Source of the DNA: the human T2T-CHM13v2.0 reference genome, Homo sapiens
NCBI RefSeq assembly: GCF_009914755.1
Contig: NC_060933.1
Length of the DNA: 64,000 nucleotides
Reading direction: 5' to 3' (one strand)
Shown here: in pieces, positions 1-13,900 of the stretch
How the letters are laid out: every line of letters begins with the position of its first letter
Numbering within the stretch: position 1 is the stretch's first letter
Notes under the pieces: generated by a model
What the model saw: only the letters and a program-made list of their open reading frames with translations
What the model was told of the DNA's origin: nothing
Databases searched by the model: none
Made by a program: the position numbers and the translations under genes

Positions 1-386
1 CGTTCCATTCCATTCCATTCCATTTCATTCCAGATGATTCCATTCCATTGCATTCCGTTCCATTACATTCCCCTGCACTCGCGTTGATTCCATTCCTTTC
101 CATTCCATTCCATTCCATTCAATTCCATTCCATTACAATCATTTCCATTCCATTCTATTCCGTACCATTCCATTCCATTCCATACCATTCCATTCCATTC
201 CATTCCATTCCATTCCATTCGATTCCGTTCCATTCCGTTCCATTCAGTTCCATTCCATTCCATTCCATTCCATTCCATTCTATTCGGGTTAATTCCATTC
301 CATTCCATTCCATCCCATTCTATTACATTCCATTGCAATCGAGTTGAATCCATTGCATTTCATTCCATTCCATTCCATTCCATTCC

Positions 387-401
387 ATTCCGGAAGATTC
401 C
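387..401. promoter_or_regulatory. Heat-shock-element consensus match aTTCcgGAAgaTTCc (first of roughly 30-35 copies; function unproven)
   Basis: Exact match to nTTCnnGAAnnTTCn. It recurs at 1406-1420 and, as gGAAtcTTCcgGAAt, in the inverted block (e.g. 9352-9366). Confidence 0.5.
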
Positions 402-3400
402 ATTCCATTGCATTCCATTCAATTCCATTCCCCTGCACTCGCGTTGATTCCATTCCATTCCATTCCATTCCATTCCGTTCCGTTCCATTCCATTCCATTC
501 CATTCCATTCCATTCCATTCCATTCCATTCCGTTCCGTTCCATTCCATTCCATTCTATTCGGGTTAATTCCATTCCATTCCATTCCATTGCAATCGTGTT
601 GATTCCATTCCATTCCATACCATTCCATTCCATTCCATTCCTTTCCATTCCATTACGGATGATTCCATTCCATTGCATTCCATTCCATTCCATTCCCCTG
701 TACTCGGGTTGATTCCATTCCATTGCATTCCAATCCATGCCCTTCCACTCGTGTTGATTCCATTCTTTCCATTCCATTCAAGTTGAATCCATTCCAATGC
801 ATTCCATTCCATTCGATTCCATTCGATTGCACTCGGGTTGATTCCATTCCATTGCATTCCATTCCATTCCATTCCATTCCATTCCATTCCATTCCATTCC
901 ATTCCGTTCCATTCCATTTCATTACATTCAGATTGATTCTAATCAATTCCCTTACACTCCATTATATTCCAATCCATTCTGGTTGTCTCCATTCCATTCC
1001 ATTCCATTTCACTCCATTCCATTGCACTCGGGTTGATTCCATTCCATTCCATTCCATTCCATTCCATTCCATTCCATTCCGGATGATTCCATTCCATTTC
1101 ATTCCGTTCCATTACATTCCCCTGCACTCGCATTGATTCCATTCCATTCCATTCAATTCCATTCCATTACAATTCGTTACATTCCATTCTATTCCGTACC
1201 ATTCCATTCCATTCTATACCATTCCATTTCATTCCATTCCATTCCATTCCATTCCATTCCATTCCGTTCCATTCCGTTCCATTGCATTCCATTCCATTCT
1301 ATTCGGGTTAATTCCATTCCATTCCATTCCATTCCATTCTATTCCATTCCATTGCATTCGAGTTGAATCCATTGCATTTCATTCCATTCCATTCCATTCC
1401 ATTCCATTCCGGAAGATTCCATTCAATAGCATTCCATTCCATTCCATTCCCCTGCACTCGCGTTGATTCCATTCCATTCCATTGCATTCCATTCTGTTCC
1501 GTTCCATTCCATTCCATTCCATTCCGTTCCGTTCCTTTCCATTCCATTCCATTCCTTTCTATTCGGGTTAATTCCATTCCATTCCATTCGATTGCAATCT
1601 AGTTGATTCCATTCCATTGCATTTCATTCCATTCGATTCCATTCGATTGCACTCGGGTTGATTCCATTCCATTGCATTCCATTCCATTCCATTCCATTCC
1701 ATTCCATTCCATTCCGTTCCAATCCTTTCCATTACATTCGGATTGATTCTATTCAATTCCCTTACACTCCATTACATTCCATTCCATTCGGGTAGTTTCC
1801 ACTCCATTCCATTCCATTCCTCTCCATTCCATTGCACTCGGGTTGATTCCATTCCATTGCATTCCATTCCATTCCATTCAATTCCATTCCGTTCCATTCC
1901 ATTCCATTACATTCGGATTGATTCTATTCAACTCCCTTACTCTCCATTACATTCCATTCCATTCGGGTTGTTCCATTCCATTCCATTCCATTCCACTCCA
2001 TTCCATTGCACTCGGGTTTATTCCATTCCATTCCATTCCATTCCATTCCATTCCATTCCATTCCATTCCGGAAGATTCCATTCCATTGCATTCCATTCCA
2101 TTCCATTCCCCTGCACTCGCGTTGATTCCATTCCATTCCATTCCATTCCATTCCATTCCATTCCATTCCGTTCCGTTCCGTTCCATTCCATTCCATTCCA
2201 TTCCATTCCGTTCCGTTCCGTTGCATTCCATTCCATTCCATTCCATTCTATTTGGGTTAATTCCATTCCATTCCATTCGATTGCAATCGAGTTGATTCCA
2301 TTCCATTCCATTCCATTCCATTCCATTCCATTACGGATGATTCCATTCCTTTGCATTCCATTCCATTACATTCCCCTGTACTCGGGTTTATTCCATTCCA
2401 TTCCATTCCAATCCATGCCATTCCACTCGTGTTGATTCCATTCTTTCCATTCCATTCAAGTTGAATCCATTCCATTGCATTCCATTCCATTCGATTCCAT
2501 TCGATTGCACTCGGGTTGATTCCATTCCATTGCATTCCATTCCATTCCATTCCATTCCATTCCATTCCGTTCCATTCCATTCCATTACATTCGGATTAAT
2601 TCTATTGAATTCCCTTACACTCCATTATATTCCATTCCATTCGGGTAGTTTCCATTCCATTCCATTCCATTCCTCTCCATTCCATTGCACTCGGGTTGAC
2701 TGCATTCCATTGCATTCCATTCCATTCCATTCAATTCCATTCCGTTCCATTCCATTCCATTATATTCGGATTGATTCTATTCAACTCCCGTACTCTCCAT
2801 TACATTCGATTCCATTCGGGTTGTTCCATTCCATTCCATTCCATTCCACTCCATTCCATTGCACTCGGGTTGATTCCATTCCATTCCATTCCATTCCGGA
2901 AGATTCCATTCCATTGCATTCCCTTACATTCCAATCCCCTGCACTCGCGTTGATTCCATTCCATTCCTTTCCATTCCATTCCATTCCATTCCATTCCATT
3001 CCATTCGTTTCCGTTCCATTTCATTCCATTCCATTCCATTCCATTCCGTTCCGTTCCATTCCATTCCATTCCATTCTATTCGGGTTAATTCCATTCCATT
3101 CCATTCCATTGCAATCGAGTTGATTCCATTCCATTCCATTCCATTCCATTCCATTCCATTCCTTTCCATTCCATTACGGATGATTCCATTCCATTGCATT
3201 CCATTCCATTCCATTTCCCTGTACTCGGGTTGATTCCATTCCATTCCATTCCAATCCATGCCATTCCACTCGTGTTGATTCCATTCTTTCCATTCCATTC
3301 AAGTTGAATCCATTCCATTGCATTCCATTCCATTCCATTCCATTCCCCCGCAGTCGGGTTGATTCCATTCCATTCCATTCCAATCCATTCCGTTCCTTTC

Positions 3401-3929
3401 CATTTAATTCCATTCCATTCTATTCGGGTTAATTCCATTCCATTCCATTCCATTCCATTCCATTCCATTCCAATCGAGTTGATTCCATTCCATTCCATTC
3501 CTTTCCATTCCACTCCATTCCAGTCCTTTCCATTCCATTCCCCTCGGGTTGATTCCAATGTATTCCTTTCCATTCCATTCCATTTCATTGCAATCGAGTT
3601 GATTCAATTTCTTTGCATTCCATTCCATTCTATTCCATTCCGGATGATTCCATTCCATTGCATTCCATTCCATTCGGTTCCCCTGCACACGGGTTGATTC
3701 CATTCCATTCCACTCCATTCCGTTCCATTCCATTCCATTCCGTTGTATTCGGGTTAATTCCATTCCATTCCATTCCATTCCATTCCATTCCAATCCATTA
3801 CAATCGAGTTGATTCCATTCCATTCCATTCCATTCCATTCCATTCCATTCCAGTCCTTTCCATTCCATTCCACTCGGGTTGATTCCATTCTATTAGTTTC
3901 CATTCCATTCCATTCCCTTCCATTCCACT

Positions 3930-4250
3930 CTGGTTGATTCCATTCCTTTCCATTCCACTCGAATACATTCCCTCCTATTCCACTCGGAACGATTCCATTC
4001 CATTCCATTCCATTCCATTCCATTCCATTCCATTCCATTCCATTTCGTTCCATTCCATTCTATTCCGTACCATTCCATTCCATTCCATTCCTTTCCATTC
4101 CATTCCATTCCACTCGTGTTGATTCCATTCCTTTCCATTCCACTCGAATACATTCCCTCCTATTCCACTCGGAACGATTCCATTCCATTCCATTCCATTT
4201 CGTTCCATTCCATTCTATTCCGTACCATTCCATTCCATTCCATTCCATTC
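3930..4250. repeat. Local ~185-bp tandem duplication
   Basis: The string cactcgaatacattccctcctattccactcggaacgattcc...catttcgttcc...ccgtacc occurs at 3956 and again at 4141. Confidence 0.85.
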
Positions 4251-7200
4251 CATTCCATTCCATTCCATTCCATTGTACTCGGGTTGATTCCATTCCATTG
4301 CATTCCATTCCATTCCATTCCATTCCATTCTATTCCATTCCATTCCGTTGCATTCCATTCCATTACATTAGGATTGATTCTATTCAACTCACTTACTCCC
4401 CATTACATTCCATTCCATTCGGGTTGTTCCATTCCATTCCACTCCATTCCATTGCTCTCGGGTTGATTCCATTCCATTCCATTCCATTCCATTCCATTCC
4501 ATTCCGGATAATTCCATTCCATTACATTCCGTTCCATTACATTCCCCTGCACTCGCGTTGATTCCATTCCATTCCATTCCGTTCCATTCCATTCCATTCC
4601 ATTCCATTCGATTCCGTTCCTTTCCATTCCGTTCCATTCCATTCTATTCGGGTTAATTCCATTCCATTCCATTCGATTGCAATCGAGTTGATTCCATTCC
4701 ATTGCATTCCATTCCATTCGATTCCATTCGATTTCACTCGGGTTGATTCCATTCCATTGCATTCCATTCTATTCCATTCCATTCCATTCCATTCCATTCC
4801 ATTCCATTCCTTTCAGTTCCATTCCTTTCCATTACATTCGTATTGATTCTCTTCAATTCCCTTACACTCCATTACATTCCATTCCATTCGGGTAGTTTCC
4901 ACTCCATTCCATTCCATTCCTCTCCATTCCATTGCACTCGGGTTGATTCCATTCCATTGCATTCCATTCCATTCCATTCAATTCCATTCCGTTCCATTCC
5001 ATTCCATTAAATTACATTCGGATTGATTCTATTCAACTCCCTTACACTCCATTACATTCCATTCCATTCGGGTTGTTCCATTCCATTCCATTCCATTCCA
5101 CTCCATTCCATTGCACTCGGGTTGATTCCATTCCATTCCATTCCATTCCATTCCGGAAGATTCCATTCCATTGCATTCCATTACATTCCATTCCCCTGCA
5201 CTCGCTTTGATTCCATTCCATTCCATTCCATTCCATTCCATTCCGTTCCGTTCCATTCCATTCCATTCCATTCCATTCCATACCGTTCCGTTCCATTCCA
5301 TTCCATTCCATTCTATTCGGGTTAATTCCATTCCATTCCATTCCATTCCATTCCATTCCGGAAGATTCCATTCCATGGCATTCCATTCCATTCCATTCCC
5401 CTGCACTCGCGTTGATTCCATTCCATTCCATTCCATTCCATTCCATTCCATTCCATTCCATTCCATTCCTTTCCGTTCCATTCCATTTTATTCCATTCCA
5501 ATCCGTTCCGTTCCCTTCTGTTCCGTTCCATTCCATTCCATTCCATTCTATTCGGTTTAATTCCATTCCATTCCATTCCATTCCATTCCATTCCATTCTA
5601 TTCCATTCCATTGCAATCGAGTTGAATCCATTGCATTCCATTCCATTCCATTCCGGAAGATTCCATTCCATTCCATTCCATTCCATTCCTTTCCATTCCA
5701 GTCTTTTCCATTCCATTCCACTCGGGTTGATTGCATTCTATTAGTTTCCATTCCATTCCATTCCCTTCCATTCCACTCTGGTTGATTCCATTCCTTTCCA
5801 TTCCACTCGAATACATTCCCTCCTATTCCACTCGGAACGATTCCATTCCATTCCATTCCATTCCATTCCATTCCATTCCATTCCATTCCATTTCGTTCCA
5901 TTCCATTCTATTCCGTATCATTCCATTCCATTCCATTCCATTCCATTCCATTCCATTCCATTCCACTCGTGTTGATTCCATTCCTTTCCATTCCATTCGG
6001 TTTGAAGGCATTCCATTCCATTCCATTCCATTCCATTCCATACCATTCCATTGTACTCGGGTTGATGCCATTTCATTGCATTCCATTCCATTCCATTCCA
6101 TTCCATTCCATTCCATTCCGTTGCATTCCATTCCATTACATTCGGATTGATTCTATTCAACTCCCTTACTCTCCATTACGTTCCATTCCATTTGGGTTGT
6201 TCCATTCCTTTCCATTCCATTCCACTCCATTCCATTGTACTCGGGTTGATTCCATTCCATTCCATTCCATTCCATTCCATTCCGGATGATTCCATTCCAT
6301 TGCATTCCGTTCCTTTACATTCCCCTGCACTCGCGTTGATTCCATTCCATTCCATTCCATTCCATTCAATTCCATTCCATTACAATTCGTTCCATTCCAT
6401 TCTATTCCGTACCATTCCATTCCATTCCATACCATTCCATTCCATTCCATTCCATTCCATTCCATTCCATTCCGTTCCATTCCGTTCCATTCCATTCCAT
6501 TCCATTCTATTCGGGTTAATTCCATTCCATTCCATTCCATTCCATTCCATTCCATTCCATTCCATTCTATTCCATTCCATTGCAGTCGAGTTGAATCAAT
6601 TGCATTTCATTCCATTCCATTCCATTCAATTCCATTCCGGAAGAGATTATTCCATTCCATTGCATTCCATTCCATTCCATTCCCCTGCACTCGCGTTCAT
6701 TCCATTCCATTCCATTCCATTCCATTCCATCCATTCCGTTCCGTTCCGTTCCATTCCATTCCATTCCATTCCGTTCCGTTCCATTCCATTCCATTCCATT
6801 CTATTCGGGTTATTTCCATTCCATTCCATTCGATTGCAATCGAGTTGATTCCATTCCATTCCATTCCATTCCATTCCATTCTTTCCATTCCATTACGGAT
6901 GATTCCATTCCATTGCATTCCATTCCATTCCATTCCCCTGTACTCGGGTTGATTCCATTCCATTCCATTCCAATCCATGCCATTCCACTCGTGTTGATTC
7001 CATTCTTTCCATTCCATTCAAGTTGAGTCCATTCCATTGCATTCCATTCCATTCGATTCCATTCGATTGCACTCGGGTTGATTCCATTCCATTGCATTGC
7101 ATTCCATTCCATTCCATTCCATTCCATTCCATTCCGTTCCATTCCATTCCATTACATTCGGATTGATTCTATTCAATTCCCTTACACTCCATTACATTCC

Positions 7201-9047
7201 ATTCCATTCGGGTAGTTTCCATTCCATTCCATTCCATTCCTCTCCATTCCATTGAACTCGGTTTGATTCCATTCCATTCCATTCCATTCCATTCCATTCA
7301 ATTCCATTCCGTTCCATTCCATTCCATTACATTCGGATTGATTCTATTCAACTCCCTTACTCTCCATTACATTCGATTCCATTCGACTTGTTCCATTCCA
7401 TTCCATTCCATTCCACTCCATTCCATTGCACTCGGGTTTATTCCATTCCATTCCATTCCATTCCATTCCATTCCATTCCATTCCGGAAGATTCCATTCCA
7501 TTGCATTCCATTCCATTCCATTCCCCTTCACTCGCGTTGATTCCATTCCATTCCGTTCCATTCCATTCCATTCCATTCCATTCCATTCCTTTCCATTCCA
7601 TTCCATTCCATTCCATTCCAATCCATTCCATTCCGTTCCTTTCCGTTCCATTCCATTCCATTCCATTCTATTCGGGTTAATTCCATTCCATTCCATTCGA
7701 TTGCAATCGAGTTGATTCCATTCCATTCTATTCCATTCCATTCCATTCCTTTCCATTCCATTACGGATGATTCCATTCCATTGCATTCCATTCCATTCCA
7801 TTCCCCTGTACTCGGGTTGATTCCATTCCATTCCATTCCAATCCACGCCATTCCACTCGTGTGGATTCCATTCTTTCCATTCCATTCAAGTTGAATCCAT
7901 TCCATTGCATTCCATTCCATTCCATTACCCTGCAGTCGGGTTGATTCCATTCCATTCCATTCCATTCCATTCCATTCCATTCCATTCCATTCTGTTCCGT
8001 TCCATTCCATTCCATTCCATTCTATTCGGTTTAATTCCATTCCATTCCATTCCATTCCATTCCAATCGAGTTGATTCCATTCCATTCCATTCCATTCCAT
8101 TCCACTCCATTCCAGTCCTTTCCATTCCATTCCACTCGCGTTGATTCCAATGTATTCCTTTCCATTCCATTCCATTCCATTGCAATCGAGTTGATTCCAT
8201 TGCTTTGCATTCCATTCCATTCCATTCCATTCCGGATGATTCCATTCCATTGCATTCCATTCCATTCCATTCCCCTGCACTCGGGTTGATTCCATTCAAT
8301 TCCACTCCATTCCGTTCCATTCCATTCCATTCCATTGTATTCGGGTTAATTCCATTCCATTCCATTCCATTCCATTCCATTCCATTACAATCGAGTTGAT
8401 TCCATTCCATTCCATTCCATTCCAGTCCTTTCCATTCCATTCCACTCGGGTTGATTCCATTCTATTAGTTTCCATTCCAATCCATTCCCATCCATTCCAC
8501 TCTGGTTGATACCATTCCTTTCCATTCCACTCGAACACATTCCCTCCTATTCCACTCGGAACGATTCCATTCCATTCCATTCCATTCCATTCCATTCCAT
8601 TCCATTCCATTTCGTTCCATTCCATTCCATTTCGTTCCATTCCATTCTATTCCGTATCTTTCCATTCCATTCCATTCCATTCCATTCCATTCCATTCCAT
8701 TGTACTCGGGTTGATTCCATTCCATTGCATTCCATTCCTTTCCATTCCATTCCATTCCGTTGCATTCCATTCCATTACTTTCGGATTGATTCTATTCAAC
8801 TCCCTTACTCTCCATTACATTCCACTCCATTCGGGTTGTTCCATTCCATTCCATTCCATTCCACTCCATTCCATTGCACTCGGGTTGATTCCATTCCATT
8901 GCATTCCATGCCATTCCATTCCATTCCGGATGATTTCATTCCATTGCATTCCGTTCCATTACATTCCCCTGCACTCGCGTTGATTCCTTTCCATTCCATT
9001 CAATTCCATTCCATTACAATTCGTTCCATTCCATTCTATTCCGTACC

Positions 9048-9146
9048 ATTCCATTCCATTCCATACCATTCCTTTCCATTCCATTCCATTCCATTCGGAA
9101 TGGAATGGAATGGAATGGAAAGGAATCGTATGGAATGGAATGGAAT
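9048..9146. other. Left orientation junction: 49-bp-arm inverted repeat with a 1-nt centre (G9097)
   Basis: The reverse complement of 9048-9096 matches 9098-9146 except for one mismatch (9067/9127). The variant pentamers cctttcc/ggaaagg and ccatacc/cgtatgg are mirrored. Confidence 0.9.
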
Positions 9147-10909
9147 CAACTCGATTGCAATCGAATGGAATGGAATGGAATTAACCTGAATAGAATGGAA
9201 TGGAATGGAATGGAACGGAACGGAATGGAATGGAATGGAATGGAATGGAATGGAATGGAACGGAAAGGAAGGGAATTGAATGGAATAGAATGGAATGGAA
9301 TGGAATCAACGCGAGTGCAGGGGAATGGAATGGAATGGATTGCAATGGAATGGAATCTTCCGGAATGGAATGGAATGGAATGGAATGGAACAACCCAGAT
9401 GGAATGGAATGTAATGGAGAGTAAGGGAGTTGAATAGAATCAATCCGAATGTAATGGAATGGAATGGAAAGGAATGGAATGGAATGGAATGCAATGGAAT
9501 GGAATCAACCCGAGTACAATGGAATGGAATGGAATGGAACGGAATGGAATGGAATGGAATGGAATCAACCCGAGTACACGGGAATGGAATGGAATGGAAT
9601 GCAATGGAATGGAATCATCCGTAATGGAATGGAAAGGAATGGAATGGAATGGAATGGAATGGAATGGAATGGAATGGAATGGAATCAACTCGATTGCAAT
9701 CGAATGGAATGGAATGGAATTAACCCGAATAGAATGGAATGGAATGGAATGGAACGGAACGGAACGGAATGGAATGGAATGGAATGGAATGGAACGGAAC
9801 GGAACGGAGTGGAATGGAATGGAATGGAATGGAATGGAATCAACGCGAGTGCAGGGGAATGGAATGGAATGGAATGCAATGGAATGGAATCTTCCGGAAT
9901 GGAATGGAATGGAATGGAATGGAAGGAAATGCAATGGATTCAACTCGATTGCAATGGAATGGAAAAGAATGGAATGGAATGGAATTAATCCGAATGGAAT
10001 GGGATGGAACGGAATGGAACGGAATGGAATGGAATGGAATGGTATGGAATGGAATGGAATGGTACGGAATATAATGGAATGGAACGAATTGTAATGGAAT
10101 GGAATGGAATGGAATGGAATGGAATGGAATGGAATCAACGCGAGTGCCGGGGAATGTAATGGAACGGAATGCAATGGAATGGAATCATCCGGAATGGAAT
10201 GGAATGGAATGGAATGGAATGGAATGGAATGGAATGGAATGGAATGGAATCAACCCGAGTGCAATGGAATGGAGTGGAAAGGAATGGAATGGAATGGAAC
10301 AACCCGAATGGAATGGAATGTAATGGAGAGTAAGGGAGTTGAATAGAATCAATCCGAATGTAATGGAATGGAATGCAACGGAATGGAATGGAATGGAATG
10401 GAATGGAATGCAATGGAATGGAATGCAATGGAATTGAATCAACCCGAGTACAATGGAATGGAATGGAATGGAATGGAATGGAATGGAATGGAATGGAATG
10501 ATACGGAATAGAATGGAATGGAACGAAATGGAATGGAATGGAATGGAATGGAATGGAATGGAATGGAATGGAATGGAATCGTTCCGATTGGAATAGGAGG
10601 GAATGTATTCGAGTGGAATGGAAAGGAATGGTATCAACCAGAGTGGAATGGAAGGGAATGGAATGGAAAGGAAATTAATAGAATGGAATCAACCCGAGTG
10701 GAATGGAATGGAAAGGACTGGAATGGAATGGAATGGAATGGAATCAACTCGATTGTAATGGAATGGAATGGAATGGAATGGAATGGAATTAACCCGAATA
10801 CAATGGAATGGAATGGAACGGAACGGAATGGAGTGGAATGGAATGGAATCAACCCGAGTGCAGGGGAATGGAATGGAATGCAATGACATGGAATGGAATC
10901 ATCCGGAAT

Positions 10910-13900
10910 GGAATGGAATGGAATGGAATGGAATGCAAAGCAATGGAATCAACTCGATTGCAATGGAATGGAATGGAATGGAAAGGAATACATTGGAATC
11001 AACCCGAGTGGAATGGAATCGAAAGGACTGGAATGAGTGGAATGGAATGGAATGGAATGGAATGGAATCAATTCGATTGGAATGGAATGGAATGGAATGG
11101 AATGGAATGGAATGGAATTAACCCGAATGGAATGGAATGGAATGGAATGGAACGGAACGGAATGGAATGGAATGGAATGGAATGGAACGGAATGGAATGG
11201 AATCAACCCGACTGCAGGGGAATGGAACGGAATGGAATGCAATGGAATGGATTCAACTTGAATGGAATGGAAAGAATGGAATCAACACGTGTGGAATGGC
11301 ATGGATTGGAATGGAATGGAATGGAATCAACCCGAGTACAGGGGAATGGAATGGAATTGAATGCAATGGAATGGAATCATCAGTAATGGAATGGAATGGA
11401 AAGGAATGGAATGGAATGGAATGGAATGGAATAGAATGGAATGGAATCAACTCGATTGCAATCGAATGGAATGGAATGGAATTAACCCGAATAGAATGGA
11501 ATAGACTGGAATGGAACGGAACGGAACGGAATGGAATGGATTGGAATGGAATGGAATGGAATGGAACGGAAAGGAATGGAATGGAATGGAATGGAATGGA
11601 ATAGAATGGAATGGAATGGAATCAACGCGAGTGCAGGGGAATGGAATGGAATGGAATGCAATGGAATGGAATCTTCCGGAATGGAATGGAATGGAATGGA
11701 ATGGAATGGAATGGAATGGAATAAACCTGAGTGCAATGTAATGGAGTGGAATGGAATGGAATGGAATGGAACAACCCGAATGGAATGGAATGTAATGGAG
11801 AGTAAGGTAGTTGAATAGAATCAATCCGAATGTAATGGAATGGAATGGAACGGAATGGAATTGAATGGAATGGAATGGAATGCAATGGAATGGAATCAAC
11901 CCGAGTGCAATGGAATGGAGAGGAATGGAATGGAATGGAATGGAAACTACCCGAATGGAATGGAATATAATGGAGTGTAAGGCAATTGAATAGAATAAAT
12001 CCGAATGTAATGGAATGGAATGGAACGGAATGGAATGGAATGGAATGGAATGGAATCAACCCGAGTGCAATGGAATGGAATCAAATGGAATGGAATGGAT
12101 TCAACCCGAATGGAATGGAAAGGTATAGAATCAACCTGAGTGGAATGGCATGGAATGGAATGGAATGGAATGGAATGGAATGGAACGGAACGGAACGGAA
12201 CGGAAAGGAATGGAATGGAATGGAACGGAACGGAACGGAATGGAATGGAATGGAATGGAATGGAATGGAATGGAATGGAATCAACGCGAGTGCAGGGGAA
12301 TGGAATGAAATGGAATGCAATGGAATGGAATCTTCCGGAATGCAATGGAATGGAATCGAATGGAATGAAATTCAATCGATTCAACTCGATTGCAATGGAA
12401 TGGAATAGAATGGAATGGAATGGAATGGAATGGAATTAATCCGAATAGAATGGAATGGAATGGAATGGAACGGAATGGAACGGAATGGAATGGAATGGAA
12501 TGGAATGGTATGGAATGGAATGGAATGGTACGGAATAGAATGGAATGGAACGAATTGTAATGGAATGGAATTGAATGGAATGGAATGGAATGGAATGGAA
12601 TCAACGCGAGTGCAGGGGAATGTAATGGAACGGAATGCAATGGAATGGAATCATCCGGAATGGAATGGAATGGAATGGAATGGAATGGAATGGAATGGAA
12701 TGGAATCAACCCGAGTGCAATGGAATGGAGTGGAATGGAATGGAACAACCCGAATGGAATGGAATGTAATGGAGAGTAAGGGAGTTGAATAGAATCAATC
12801 CAAATGTAATGGAATGGAATGCAACGGAATGGAATGGAATGGAATGGAATGGAATGGAATGGAATGCAATGGAATTGAATCAACCCGAGTACAATGGAAT
12901 GGAATGGAATGGAATGGAATGGAATGGAATGGAATGGAATGATACGGAATAGAATGGAATGGAACGAAATGGAATGGAATGGAATGGAATGGAATGGAAT
13001 GGAATGGAATGGAATGGAATGGAATGGAATCGTTCCGAGTGGAATGGGAGGGAATGTATTCGAGTGGAATGGAAAGGAATGGTATCAACCAGAGTGGAAT
13101 GGAAGGGAATGGAATGGAATGGAAATTAATAGAATGGAATCAACCCGAGTGGAATGGAATGGAAAGGACTGGAATGGAATGGAATGGAATGGAATCAACT
13201 CGATTGTAATGGAATGGAATGGAATGGAATGGAATGGAATGGAATTAACCCGAATACAATGGAATGGAATGGAATGGAATGGAGTGGAATGGAATGGAAT
13301 CAACCCGAGTGCAGGGGAATGGAATGGAATGGAATGCAATGGAATGTAATCATCCGGAATGGAATGGAATGGAATGGAATGCAAAGCAATGGAATCAACT
13401 CGATTGCAATGGAATGGAATGGAATGGAAAGGAATACATTGGAATCAACCCGAGTGGAATGGAATGGAAAGGACTGGAATGGAGTGGAATGGAATGGAAT
13501 GGAATGGAATGGAATCAACTCGAATGGAATGGAATGGAATGGAATGGAATGGAATGGAATTAACCCGAATAGAATGGAATGGAATGGAATGGAACGGAAC
13601 GGAATGGAATGGAATGGAATGGAATGGAATGGAATGGAATGGAATGGAATCAACCCGACTGCAGGGGAATGGAATGGAATGGAACGCAATGGAATGGATT
13701 CAACTTGAATGGAATGGAAAGAATGGAATCAACACGAGTGGAATGGCATGGACTGGAATGGAATGGAAAGGAATCAACCCGAGTACAGGGGAATGGAATG
13801 GAATGGAATGCAATGGAATGGAATCATCCGTAATGGAATGGAAAGGAATGGAATGGAATGGAATGGAATGGAATGGAATGGAATGGAATCAAATCGATTG

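Larger units (their letters stand above)
1..9096 (+). repeat. HSat3 block 1, C-rich (CATTC) strand on +
   Basis: The + strand reads ccatt/cattc from base 1 to ...ccattccattc at 9096. Confidence 0.97.

Noticed and set aside
9090-9105. Possible new HSE created by the TTC/GAA meeting at the left junction
   Set aside because: The spacing is TTC-g-GAA (1 nt), not the required 2 nt, and no third inverted unit follows.
8506-9189. Chimeric ORFs that switch from IPFHS to MEWNG (also 33246..33749)
   Set aside because: They only reflect reading through the orientation junctions.
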